In this document: positions 14,137 through 26,760 of the stretch, piece by piece
Numbering within the stretch: position 1 is the first letter of the stretch
How the letters are laid out: every line of letters begins with the position of its first letter
Origin: Eutreptiella sp. 'Long Island Sound 2002'
Lineage: Eukaryota > Protista > Euglenida
Assembly: GCA_964036045.1 (NCBI GenBank)
Contig: OZ038378.1
Span: 9,238,001 to 9,302,000, forward strand
DNA length: 64,000 nucleotides
Reading direction: 5' to 3'
Translations under genes and position numbers: made by a program
Notes under the pieces: generated by a model
Database searches by the model: none
What the model was told of the DNA's origin: nothing
The model's input: the letters and a program-made list of their open reading frames with translations, nothing else

Positions 14137-16472
14137 TCACACCGGTGAACAGATGAGATTCGCAGAGGGCACAAGCTCCAATGCGTCAAGGCTCGTGCCA
14201 TCGTCATCAGCTGTGAAGCGCTTGTGTGGGAACGTCTGCAGCAGAGAATATTGCAGATCCGGTTGATGCTGTTGGATGAAGTCGCGTACGTCCTGTTGAT
14301 ATCAGGAGAGGACAGCGAGGGTGTGGGAGTGGCGGGGAGGAGAGTGGGGCCGAGGGGAGCAAAGAGGGGCTATGAGGGGGGAGCTGAGGGGCATGGGAGC
14401 ACGTCAGCAAGCGACGGCACAAAGAAAGCTCATCAGTGGTGCATATCCATAGGCGCCTTTCACTGTGATAGGGAGGCAATGTGCAAGCAGTGGCCAAGTG
14501 CATGCCTTGTCACGTGTCCTTGATCACAACACTACACCTAAGCTATAGTGATGTGGTGACAACCATTCTACACAGTGTGGCACTGGTACCCGAGGTCATT
14601 GCTAAGCTATCACTGTGAACCCAACGTCTGTTTCTGTACTTGGGGGAACAGCACATGCATGGGATTTGCCACTAGCCCATTGTTTGGCCGAGACTGCGTG
14701 CCTCGTGACACGAGGTGCATGGAGGTTGGAGGTTTGGCACTGACGAGGCGCACGGGAGGGGGGAGGGGGGGGGGGGGGGGCTTGGCGCTAACAAGGCGCA
14801 CGGGCGGCAGGGGGGGGGGGGCGGGGGTTGGTGCCAACGGGGCGCGGGGGGGGGGGGTTGGCACAAAGGGGTTTGGCGCTAACGAGGCGCACGGGAAGGG
14901 GGGGGGGTGCTGGCGCAAAGGGGTTTGGCGCTAACGAGGCGCACAGGAGGGGGGGGGGCGGACATTGCACACCGAATGCCACCCCGTTTACCCGTGTGCC
15001 CTTCCCGTTTCGCCGCCGACCATGGGAATTGCGGTGCATACAGAAGGCGGTGCACACAGAAGGCGGTCTGTAGCCATTGCAGGAGTCTTGTTATTTAAGG
15101 GTGGTGCGGGGGCTGGCCCCACGTCGAGCGTAGCGAGCCATAGTGTGGGTACGGTTGGCGCACACTAGGGGGGGGGGGTGGAGCTAACGAGGCACACGGG
15201 AGGGTTGGGCGTGCAGGGGGGTTTTGGCATTATCCAGGCACACGGGGGCGGGGGGTGTGGCGCCAACGAGGCACATGGGGCGGGGAGGTTTGGTACTAAC
15301 GAGGCGCGCGGCTTCAGGCAAACACCCCACCAGTCGCCCATGGCCCCGTGAGGCCAAGCTACACGTTTGCTTGAGGATGGGGTAATCATGGCACCATACG
15401 GCGCAATGGGAGTCACAATGGTGCTTAAAGGATAGATGCTAGGAGGTGTATGCGCCGTGTACCTCCCCCCTGCCTCCAGTTTGGATCCCTTTATCCCCTC
15501 CTATCCCCTCTGCTGCCCCCTCATGTCAACCCAAGCCCCCCTTGCGGGATTTCCATCAGGAACAAGGTGTTGCTTTTGTACAGGCAAAGGAAATTCTAGT
15601 GACCCAATTTGGTGGCGGCTGCAAGTGATTGCAGATGGCGATCAAACAACGACGGTTTGCGGTCAGCTGACAACCCCAGCTCGTGACCTGATGCTCAGGG
15701 CCGCAAGCCCCCCCCCGCCCCCAAACTGTTTCTGCTCTTGACTTGCATTCATGCCACGATGAATGTCATTGTACCTGGCCATCCACTCTCCATCTCTTTC
15801 ACTTCCACCTTCTGAGGCCCATCGAGCCCAAGGACAGTCACCAAAGAGCCTGTTGCCTCACTGTCCCTGGTGCTGGGGCGGCAGGTGCACCACTTCATTC
15901 CCACGCTCCTCTCTTCTGCCCTCCCTCGATGTGCAGCCATTGCCGTGTCACAAAAAGTGTATTTCTTGACGGCATTGTGAGCAGGTAGTGGCTCCGCCCC
16001 TATCCCCTCCGCTTCCCCTCGCCCCCCATCATGCCAAACCAGGCGCAGGGCGCCACTACCGCCGCCTGAGCCCCCGGGTGCATGCAATCCCGTGTCATCC
16101 CATCCTGCCCAACGCGACTCCACAGTGCAGGAGCATTGGATGGGGCACTGCATTCTGTTCAGGTGCGCATTCTTTTATGGTGCGTTGCACAAATCGCAAC
16201 CAAACAGCACCTGCAGAGGGCTGCCGCTTCCGAATACATGTGTGACCGTCTCGCCCGAGAGAAGGCGCACGCGGATCTTAGTGACGTCAGGCCGAGTGAC
16301 GTCAGGCGGCTGCGCCGCTGGGGCAGCCGCCGAAGTTGCAGAGCAAGCCCCTTCTGCTTCAGCAATGTCCATTGCATTGACGTCAGGCTGGGGCTGCTCC
16401 ACAGCGCAAGCCTTCGGAGGTGCGGGGCTGCAAGCCCCGTCGACTTCAGCAACATCCTTCGCATTGTTCAAA
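14137..16472 (-). CDS. UBX-domain protein (p97/Cdc48 adaptor type), last two exons
   Basis: Exon 16211-16472 ends ...TKIRVRLLSGETVTHVFGSGSPLQ with donor CAG|gtgctg (phase 0). Exon 14137-14292 begins caacag|GAC and reads DVRDFIQQHQPDLQYSLLQTFPHKRFTADDDGTSLDALELVPSANLICSPV*. The join gives a complete UBX domain (IRVRL..G...F, FP.K.F, L..L.L.PSA.L). Upstream exons not resolved. Confidence 0.88.
14735..15310. repeat. G-rich intronic repeat with recurring GGCGCTAACGAGGCGCACGGG motif separated by poly-G runs
   Basis: About 8 variant copies of the motif lie inside the UBX intron. Confidence 0.75.
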
Positions 16473-17599
16473 CTGGAAAACCGTTGGCAATAGGTGACAC
16501 ATCCAATCCCAAGCCCTTTCTGTGGACTCAAGAGGCAACACCTCGGAAACCCCAATATTCTTGTGGAACCAGTGGTTGGAGGAACGACAGCCCACTTCGA
16601 TGCCCTCTAGGGACGAGGAACACTGAAGTGGGGGGCCACAACCCCTTTTTCCAAGCAAACCCACCACCCTCCAAAGGGGCTTACCAGGCACTGCGCATGC
16701 GGATTAAAATTGGGCTCCACCAAAGGCAGCAAAGGCACAGACGGACTGCTTTTGCTGATTGAGGCCGTCTGCATCTACCTGGAGTGCAGCATAAATGCTG
16801 TTTTGGCGATGAAAGTGGAATGATAGTCGCACTGCAAGGACCAGACCTTCCCGATCCGGCCGACGATGAGCTTCCGACAACATTCCAGAGGAAAAACGGG
16901 GGAAAAGAAAAATGGGGGGCCAGCTCAGCCAATTTTTCCTCAGGTCATGGCCCATTGTATACACCCCCCCTGCACCCCATCATCTGCTAAAACCACCTTC
17001 CAATATTTTCGGGTGTGTTTCGCACCAGTTTCCACAGAACTTCCCCAAAATTCAACATTTTCACACACTTCCCCCCTTTCACCCTCATTTCCCCCATTTC
17101 CGCGGACCTTCCATCGGTGGGAAGACCTGGCCCTTGGCACTGCTCACCATGGCAGCGCCCACATCACGTCCAATCTCCTGCCAGCGCTGGCAGGCTTCGA
17201 TGCAGCCACTCCCAACCCTGCCACCTCCTGTGCGGCATTGCCCGTCTAGTACAGGGCCTTCAACAGATACACGTTGCTCCCTTTGCTGTCCCACGTCGAT
17301 CCCATTGCAATCTTGTTTCCCTCTGTCCTCACGTTGCCCAGCAGTTCTCCCAGGCTACACCTGCCTCAAAAAGAGGCCCTCTCCTCAATCACGCTCAACC
17401 TTTGCCAATCCTTGAATGTGAACACGTTTACGCCTTCCGCCACCCACCCTGCGAGCTTTCACGACTCCCTGCACAACACGTTAAAAAATACCGTTGCGCG
17501 GTTTCGGAGAAGGATTCAAGCTTTTCTGTTCATAGCCCAAACACCTGAATCCCCTTGGGTAACTTCAAGAGACACCCAACAGCCCATCAAAATACCAAA

Positions 17600-18100
17600 T
17601 GAATTTCAACAACAACTATCGTGCTCGAACTTTCCGGACTCGGTGTTGTTGGTACTCGAGGGCACAGTGCCGGTGGACACATATGGCGGGGTGCTGCAGC
17701 GAGAGATGACACCAGCAGTTGCACTACCAGTTTTCTTTGGTACTCAGACTCTCACGGGAGTTATTTCTGTCAAAAATTTGTCCCTGTTTTTGAGGACTGT
17801 CCAGAAATCTGTTCCATCCGTCCCGACATGCAATAGCGACCCATTATCATTGAGCATGAGGACCGCACCATGGGCCCTGGTAATGGGAATAGGAGTAAAC
17901 AGAGCAAATGTGTGGGCACTGACCACCACAGCACAGAAATACCTGTCTGTTTGGTCTTGGGTAGCGGCCATTGCAACAGTCTGCAGACAACGATTTCGTG
18001 CTATGGTGTCCAGTTGCAATCCTCCTACATCTCGAAATACGATGAAACAAAATACACGCGAATGCGCAACCACAATCTGACCCGTTGATGAATGAAGGGA
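17600..18100 (-). pseudogene. Possible Mutator/MULE-like DDE transposase relic
   Basis: QLDTIARNRCLQTVAMAATQDQTDRYFCAVVVS resembles the MULE D1 block. LHVGTDG lies 64 aa later, as D2 would. After a stop comes STNNTES, like TNN..ES. The CxxH motif is not intact and the D2-E spacing is short. Confidence 0.35.
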
Positions 18101-21100
18101 ACGATGGACCACCTTAGGAAATCTTAGCAAAGACACGTCGGATGAAGACGAAGGGACAATAGAAGGGGAGGGACCGGCCAGGAACCTCTTCCTTTCCAGG
18201 GTTTTCAGTGCCGCGCTGCAATTCAGCCTGCCGGGTCTCCGGCAAATGCTTTTCATCCGAGGAGCGGCCATTCTGCTGTTCATGGTCTTTGTGGCAAGGC
18301 TGAGACAAAGCTGCGTCCGGTGGTGCTGCATTTGGAATGTCCTCAGGGGCGTCTGTGCACGACAAAGATGACATGACGAACCCTACTGCAGATGCTTGCG
18401 CTGTCCACTTTCTCCCATCCTCTTGCCGGATGTGCTCAAGGCGCACGTCAAATCAGACTTAGGCTGCCCCTCCGGCCGACCTATCATGCGAGTCCAGAAG
18501 TGGTTCTGCTGAGTTCGAGCTAATCGCATTGCACCCTTGGCAACGCTTTTCTGGATCGAATGGGGTGGGAATGACGACGCTGAAATGACGAGTGGAGGTG
18601 CCGCGTCACTTGGCTTGCGGTACTTGGTTGTCTTTGTTTGTACCGAAATTGTCGTTCTTGTTAACGATTCTACCATGTTGACTCAACCACAGGAGGTTGC
18701 ATGAGACAGGAGTGCGCTCCCAAGCCCTGTACGTGTGCATGCACGCAGTGGAGGACGAGAAATAAATAGTTTTGCAGACAATGGTTGGCCGTTTCCGAAC
18801 CAGCACTATGGAGGGGCTCACCCGAGGTGTCTATCATTTGTAGCGCCTGGCCGAAGCATACGAGCGTAATGGTGAGCACCTGCGACATCCACCTCCACCG
18901 GTGGGGCGGCATTCACCACGTTGGGACTTGGACTTGCAACTTCTTCCGTTCTCGGACTCAAATTTTCGTTCTTCTTGTCAATCGCGGATTTCAACGCAGC
19001 ATGGGTATCTTCCAACGACTTCTCACCAACAAAGCAATTGAGAACCAAACCAGACGGTGCAATGAAATACACCGTTGGCAGGCTAAAAACTGTAAGAGGG
19101 CAAAGGGAACCCAAGCAAACACCAAAAGCAAGGAATACCAATCAATGGTGGACCAAAGGCCACGAGGTCGCCGCAATTTTTCATTTTCGGCAGTTCTCTT
19201 TCATTACACACGCACCACAAAGCGGAACTTGGAGAGGCAAAAGACCGCCATCCCCCCCCCCCCTTCGAAAAGGACAGTGCAACCAGCGAGGAAACACAAC
19301 ACGTGGTGTGCGCGGTGCGCCCATGGTGCGCTGTCTTATGGGCGTTGTGTTTCATGCTTGTTTAGCTAGAACCCCGATATCTTCCCTTCGTGGTTTTACT
19401 CGGAGCCTGTCTCCCGTGGCTGCGGGATACGGCCCCAAGCCCCGATGGCTGACCCGATGGTGGACAATAACCAGCGTGCCTCAACCCCTCCCCTTTTGGA
19501 AAACCACAACCCACAATCCGAGGCCGTACCAAAGAGTGCATCCTTCTCCTCTCATCATAAATCAACGGCCTCCCCCGGCAAGGGCTGTGGGTGGCTACAA
19601 CCACCATCGCATGGGTGAGGAGGTGGAATGGCGGCCTCCGTTGTTGGATACTTACCCCTTAGGGCACCGCATCCTTGCCAAGCTGAAAAACCAAAGATTC
19701 AAAAAACAACATGCGGAAGACATCGCGGCGGTGCGATGCGCAGTGCGCGTGTTTACCCCTGTATGAATTGATCAATGTCATACTTTCATTAGGCACGGGG
19801 TTTGGTCGGAAATACTTTGCGTCGCGGTTCAACAATGTGAGGGCAATTTCGTGGGTTCACGATCGAACCCTTGTACCCTCCTATGCGGGTTGCGAGGGGG
19901 TTCGGGCCTCATCACGGTATCAAGTGGTATCAAGCCTTAGGGCCGCGCATAACTCGCTCGGGAGGGTGCAAAAGATGTTCATAAGAAATCATCGGCGGGG
20001 ATAACCCCGGCCCGAACCCTATTGCCTTTCATACCATAGCGAATGCAAAATCCCATCAAAATATTCTTTGAGATTTGACATCTGGCCAACTTGGCGAATT
20101 CATTTGCCTCGATGTAACCCCCCCCAACGCCCTGACATAACGGATCGGGTCATAGATCGGACGCTACCATTGACACGGTCACAAGGCCCGGAAAAATGGG
20201 AAGGTCGATGAATGGAGTTGAAAGCACAATTCCGCAAAGAAATTATGCACTCAACCTTCTAGAGCGCCAAAATAATTGAGTCAAACGTCCGACCATGGCA
20301 TGGATGCCAAAAAGATAATGACGTATGTTCTTGATCCATAGCAAAGGTTTTGGCCAACGGAAAATTAACCAAGCAAAGGGCAATAACCCACATTACAAAA
20401 AGGTGTATCTAAATTACCACTTGAGCGAAATGGATTGGAAGGACGCCAACTACAATGGATCGCAATGCATCGGGGTTGTCCCCCCCCCCCCACAGATCAA
20501 GGATCCGACCCCTTGCAGACTCTCCACAATGGAACGTTAAAGAATCCTTTTCATTTCTCGTTGTTCTTCCATGGCATTCTTCTTGACTATGTACTTCGCC
20601 ATGCAACAATTTTACTGTTGATCCCACAACACTTCGTACGCCATATGAACCATTGGTTTTGAATCATGGCATGTCCCTGTATTCGCCCCCTTAGAAAAGC
20701 CCCAGCGGATGCTTTGCATTGCGTTTTTGGGTCATTTCCCTACGAAGCCTCCCTACGAAGCCTAGACCCATGTGGCCATGCACAAAAGCAACCCTGCGAA
20801 GCGTGACACACCGGGATACATTTGTTTGAAGTGTTCAAAATCGGGTTTGCCTAGGCGGAAAACACGTGCAATGTTGTTGGGCATGTGTGCGGAGGTGCAA
20901 CATGGACAATATAGTGTAGTGGATGTTCGGCATGAGCACGGCAATGATCGATTTTCATTGTCGTTTGTGGATTCTTTTCATCATGAGGTGCAGAATCAGT
21001 CATACTTTAGACGTGGGGGAGTGCTTTCATAGATGTGTCGCTGTCCATTGTTCTGTACCATGATTGCATCACCAAACCGCGAACAATTGTTGAGAACTTC

Positions 21101-22490
21101 ACATTGTGCCAAGCGAGGCTCCAAAATTGCCTCCACAAACAATTGAAATGCGGCAATTGGCAAAGCAACGGGTGGAGACATGAAGAAGTCTTTGCGGCGT
21201 CTAAGGCCTTTGCGGTGACGACACATTCCATGACGGCATAGCAACCAATCGTACACAAAGGGAGGGCGAGTAACATGTACCCGCGCGGAGGTCAATGGCC
21301 ACAACCCTATTGCTCATTGCCATTGAACAAAAGTCCGGATCTTCGAGATGTTTGCGTACTTCGGGGATGGCGTCACCCTCGCCACCCAAGAAGACAAGCA
21401 ATATTCCGTCCTTTTGTTGGACTTGAGCGATGGCAGCGCTCACATTATTGTCGTCGAAGAAACCTAATGAATTAGCGCGAATGAATTAGCGCATCATGTC
21501 GACGGCGACATAGTAGTGTGCATCGTAAAGTGGACACATATCTCATTGCCGAGGAAGCATACCGGACATGAAGGATTGCGTTGTTGCAACGGGCAGCAAA
21601 GATCACACGACAACAACCGAAAAAAGTCTGCATGGATATGAAGCACCGCGAGCACGAGTTCGAGAGAACCGCGAGAAGACATAGGAAAGGCAAAGGCATG
21701 AGATGATCTCCCGGTGGACGATGTCTTTCACCCTAAACTAGGTCCATGCAACTAATTGATCATGTTTGATGCGAGGGTGACTTGTTTAGGTTATAAGTGC
21801 ACTCATCAGCAAACGAACTTGTTTGTGGTGTGGGCCCATGGCATTGGAGGACAGGTAGCCCATCGAAACATCTCCCCTTCGCACCGAGAAAGACCATGAT
21901 CCCTCAGACGTCCCCCCAAAAACCCGCTTAACGCCGTATCGGGACCCACGGCAAAGGGGAGGGACTTTTTTTTTCGAGCACGTTGTATGGCAACCGGTTT
22001 GGGGGCATGGGGATGTTAGGTACGCCATTCCGTTCCGCATGAAATCCCATATCCTAAATACCCCCCCCCACCCCCCCCCAATTGGCACGGAACGGTTTTG
22101 GGCCAAAAAAGAATACCCCGCCCCCCCTGTCCCGTACTGGTCCCCCGGGACCCAACCCGAGGGATGTGTTAGAAGAAATGTGCAACGTAAAAGTAATCAA
22201 TAACCAATGCAACGTCTTGAAAACTCGGCCCCCCAAGAGCCCCGTCCTGCGCCTTTTTGTTTGGGCTCGAACATGGGGCCCCATAGTGTCACCCATTTGT
22301 AGTGTTCTTGATGATGTGATCAATTGCATGTCAGACCCTTTCCCAAAGGGCAAGGTCAAACGCTGCTGCATGGTATGTCAACACTTGCCGACGATGTATT
22401 TCGCAAAGGGGCCGGACTGGTGCACCCCCTTCACGCGCCAGCTTCTGCAACGCAAGCACACGGTTCACATGCATTTTGCATGGCCTTGTA

Positions 22491-23619
22491 CCCTTCGTGA
22501 ACGGGGTTAAGCGGCTGTTTGAATGGCAAATTCGATTCACGTGAATTTGACCCATTTTTTGAGTTTTTTTTTTGAGATAACACTACATTTTGGCTTCAAT
22601 ATGACGTATCTGATGGGGTAAACCTCAGGACCCATTTTCAGTCCCCATGATGCAGTGAAAGTCCCGCCCCAAACGGACCCCTAACGCCCAAACGGCGCCC
22701 AAAAACAATCCTGGCAACATTTACGGTAGACTTGGGCATGAATTTGCGAAAATCGTACGAATTTCGCACCAAATTCGTGCGAAATTCGTGCGAATTTGGC
22801 AGATTCGTACGAATTTCGTGTGAATGTCGCGCGCGCTGCCTGCGAACTTCACCAGAATCCCCAGATGCGTACAGCAGAATGTCCAATAATGTCCCGGCCG
22901 AAATCAAGCCAATTGGGACATTACAAGACTTTTCGGCCACCCACATGGGACGTTCCGAGACTTTCCTTTTTGGGCTGGTTGGAACCATTTGGAACATTAC
23001 AAGACTTTTTTCCGGGACATTGACACACTTTTTGGTCGAAGATGGATGGAAAATTCTCCTCTGGGCGCGTTGCGCCCGGTTTCTCCCTCCCCCCATGTTG
23101 ACTTGGGTGGTGTTGGTTTTTGGGAAAACTTGTCTTCCAGGCGCTTCGCGTCATGTTTTTATCTCTCCCCCCCGTGTTGACCAGACCATTTGGGCCATTA
23201 GTAGACTTGTCCCAAGACGTCAGAATGTGAAGTATTGGGACATTACGAGGGCCATTTGGGACATTACCGAGACTTTTTTCTGAGACATTATTGGACATTT
23301 TACTGTACGAAATTCGCACGAAATTCGTACCAATGTCCAAAAAGGCCAAATTTCAGCAGAAACTAACTCGAATTCGCGCGAATTCGTGTATGCTTGAATT
23401 TCATAAATTAGTGTTGCGTTCACGGTAACCGAGCCGAATATTTGCAACCTACCAACAAGGTAAAACATCAAAGTTCAAGACATTTCTAGCGACAACGTTT
23501 TGGCGAAGATAGCACGAGAAACACACACGATGGAGCCAAGTTACGAGCAAAACACAGCAAAAAGTTCTCAAATTCACGCCTCCGTGAATCTCCCATTCAA
23601 ACGGCCGCTTCACGAAGGG
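22491..23619. mobile_element. Non-autonomous TIR DNA transposon with TA target duplication
   Basis: TA|CCCTTCGTGAA at the left and TTCACGAAGGG|TA at the right; the imperfect inverted match extends ~60-70 bp. The interior has inverted arrays of AATTCGYRCGA-like motifs (22750-22820, 23305-23390) and TTGGGACATTAC repeats. No credible ORF. Confidence 0.8.
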
Positions 23620-23959
23620 TACACTCTTGCCCTCTGTCACGTAGGCGTTCACCGCCGCCACAAAGTGTTAGATAGAGAGGCGAGTTTTCAGGACGATAAT
23701 CGTTAGATGAATATCAGCGGCCTCTAGCCCCTAGCTCATTGTGGCAAGCCCCGAGTGTGAGGTTGCAACCAAGGGGAGGAAACGGTAGGGAGCAAGCACT
23801 AGCAACAAGACATGGGGGAATCCGGTACTGGCTTTGAGTATAAACTGAGTTATCACGCTACTTGTGGTGATGGGTACCGGTCTCTTTCAGCGAGAATCGA
23901 ATGTGTGGCATTCCTATAATGACATGGTTGCCAAGCAAAATTGATGGTCAATAGTCAAA

Positions 23960-25650
23960 TTACTCGCGACAACAAGGACCCACACCATCTTCCACTTTCA
24001 TGGTAGAAGTAGACGAGGTGGCATAAAAGCAAGACTCATGGTAAGGTGCATTGCACACTTTGCACTGAATGCGGGCACCACCACGCAAGGGGCCAAACAA
24101 AAATCTCACGCGAACACTTGGAGCACGTATTCTCCCGTGGCACTTAGGGAAGAGTTGAGGACGAAGACACGGACATGCCTTGGAGGATACCGTGGGCGAC
24201 GCATTCGCTTGAATGGTTGTGGTACAATGGACAAATCCTGATTGACTAGGGCTCCCTCGGGTGCTGGCGGGACCTCCCAAGTCGCGGTCCTATAAATTTC
24301 ACGGGCTTCCTCGAGGGAACGCTTGAGGGAGGGCTGCGTGAGAGGCCGTTCATCATAATCCCACTCACTATCATCCTCATTCAAAGACTTTGCCGAGTTC
24401 TCCTCCTCAAGGAGATCTACAGACACACCACTCAAAGACCCCAAGGATGAGCAAATAGAAGCAGGTGAGGCATACACATCTTTGCCAGGCGATTCCGCCC
24501 CCACAAGCACAAACTCACGCAAAGAACCCAACGATTCACACAACGAGGATTGTGAATTACGAACTTCTTCAGGAAAAGGAGCAATTGTAGCCACAACGTC
24601 GGCATTGTTTTCGGCAATGCCGAGGGAAGTTCCTTCCAAAAGGAAGTCACCGTCCAAGAGGCCAAGCCCCTTGGCGTTAGATGACACAGTCTCATCTTCA
24701 TGAACATCATACCGGCTCAATAAGTTTGCAGCCTTGATAGGGGTATCAAGGGCAGCACGATGGTACACCTCCCACGTTTTTTGGGCAACACCCAAATATT
24801 TGGCTGCATCGGCCAAACTAACCTCCGAGTTGGCAAGTTTTGTGAATACTGGACGCCTACCAATATCTTTCATTGTTAAACCGGGACGTTCAAGCAATTG
24901 CCCTACCCAATTTGCTGTTCCACGGTAGACTCCGTACCCTGCTCGCTTACCTTCTTGCACGGAATTGCTAAGTGGATTGAGGAAGTGGAACAAGGGCCCT
25001 TTAGTCTTGAGTGGGCTCATGCTTGCCAATTTCTGAAACCACCAAATGGCACAAAATCGATGATCTTCGCACTGAGCCACACGTTGCTTGAACAATGCTG
25101 TTTCTACTTTATCCAGTGAGGCAGCAAGGTTCTTCATTGTTCCAACCACAGGTTGTAGATATTTTTCCCCACCCGCTACAATAAGAGTCCAATTTTCAAA
25201 GGGTGTCGCCACGGAGACCCGTGCGGAAGGCTAAAATTGCCATACCCATCCTTTGGACTTCATAAAGGGAATCAAAATTTGTATTGTTCCAAAGCAAGGG
25301 GAGTTCGCGATCTTGCAATATCTCAAAGGCCGCAGCATCTTTGGTAGCTTCTTTAATGGCCACCAATCCACGGTGAATGGTCACACACCCACGCATGAAA
25401 GCATTAAACTTTGGAAATTGCATTGTGGAGGAAAATGAAACCTTGGTTGTCCGACCCGATTGATTGTACATGACCGCAAGGCCATTCACATAGGTTCGCA
25501 TGGGCAAAGGACTAATACTACGAAGAGCCTTAGCATCCCCACTAAACTCCTCGCGCTTTTTAAGAATTCGCTTCTGCTGTTCTTCGTCTTGTGTAATGGT
25601 GCGAACATCGATGACGAATTTTGCGAATTGCTCGAACCATACATCTACAA
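23960..25650 (-). mobile_element. Frameshifted Crypton-like tyrosine recombinase with a C-terminal PHD finger
   Basis: Frame A (25650-25196): FAKFVIDVRT...PMRTYVNGL (Crypton N-terminal-like) and box I LAFRTGLRGDTL. Frame B (25212-24106): GTMKN, TMKDIGRRPVFTKL, YLGV, VYHR, then an acidic linker. Frames C/D (about 24125-23960): CSKC ... IQCKVCNAPYHESC ... PCC, a C4HC3-like PHD pattern. Three frameshifts in total. Confidence 0.8.
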
Positions 25651-25821
25651 ATATTTGGCTGCATCGGCCAAACTAACCCTCCAGCTCGCAAGTTTTGTGA
25701 ATACTGAAACTGAAATTGCAAAGGTGGCCCAAATGGTTCAACAACATTGTGAGTGGTGTTGCGTGCTTTTTTGGAATTTGGGGGATAATTTTTCCCATCC
25801 AACAGTTTTAACGCTGTGGGA

Positions 25822-26245
25822 TTGAAGGAAGCACCTGCACTGCACACGCTGACTTTGTATCTTTTATGCGACAGCTTGGGAGACAGTGGTGCGCAGGCGC
25901 TTTGCAGGTTTGAAGGAAGCACCTGCACTGCACACTCTGACTTTGGATCTTTGTGACAACAACGTGGGAGACAATGGTGCGCAGGCCTTTGCAGGTGCAG
26001 TCTGAATTTGGATCTCTGTGACAACAACGTGGGAGACTGTTGTGTGCAGGCCCCCTGCACTCCGCACTCTGACTTTGGATCTTTGTGACAACAACGTGGG
26101 AGACAGTGGTGTGCAGCGCTTGCAGGTTTGAAGGAAGCACCTGCACTGCAAACTCTGACTTTGCATTTTTTACGCAACAGCTTGGGAGACAGTGGTGCGC
26201 AGGCCCTTGCAGGTTGGAAGAAAGCACCTGCACCGCACACTATGT
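25822..26245 (+). pseudogene. Degenerate tandem array of 84-nt (28-aa) ribonuclease-inhibitor-type LRR units
   Basis: Units read LKEAPALHTLTL(Y/D/H)xxxNx(L/V)GDSGAQALAG. About 5 units, two internally deleted, with frameshifts. Confidence 0.8.
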
Positions 26246-26760
26246 TGTACAGTACAGTTCCACACACATCATCGTGTGCAATGCCATCTGAAGTTCCCCT
26301 ACATGGGTGTTGTGCAGCACTACAGACAGAACACACACAATCACTTTGCAGTACGCCACTTGCTTGCAGTCTGCACATGTTGCTGAATTGAACATGGGTA
26401 AAGATGTGTGTGAGGGGTTCGGTATCACCCAGGTAAGGGCAGAGGGGTTGGTGGAAGGAGGGACACGTTTTGCAACACGTGTCTGCCACAGCCCGGCAAC
26501 AGTTCTTGCCCCCATTTTCTAACAAACAAGCTCAAAATGACACTGCAAAGGGCCCACACAGGGCGTGGAGTGTACTGGTATAAACAGGTTTCGGCAGATA
26601 TCAGCTGGGTTAGCCACACAGACTTCAGCTCATAATTGGCAACCCATTGGGGCACAAAGAGGGCACACTCCGCACTTTTCGCAAATTCAGCCACTTTGGA
26701 ACCCGTTGCAGCACGAAACAAGAAACACACCCTAACCAGCCACATTGACGTGCATGGCAT

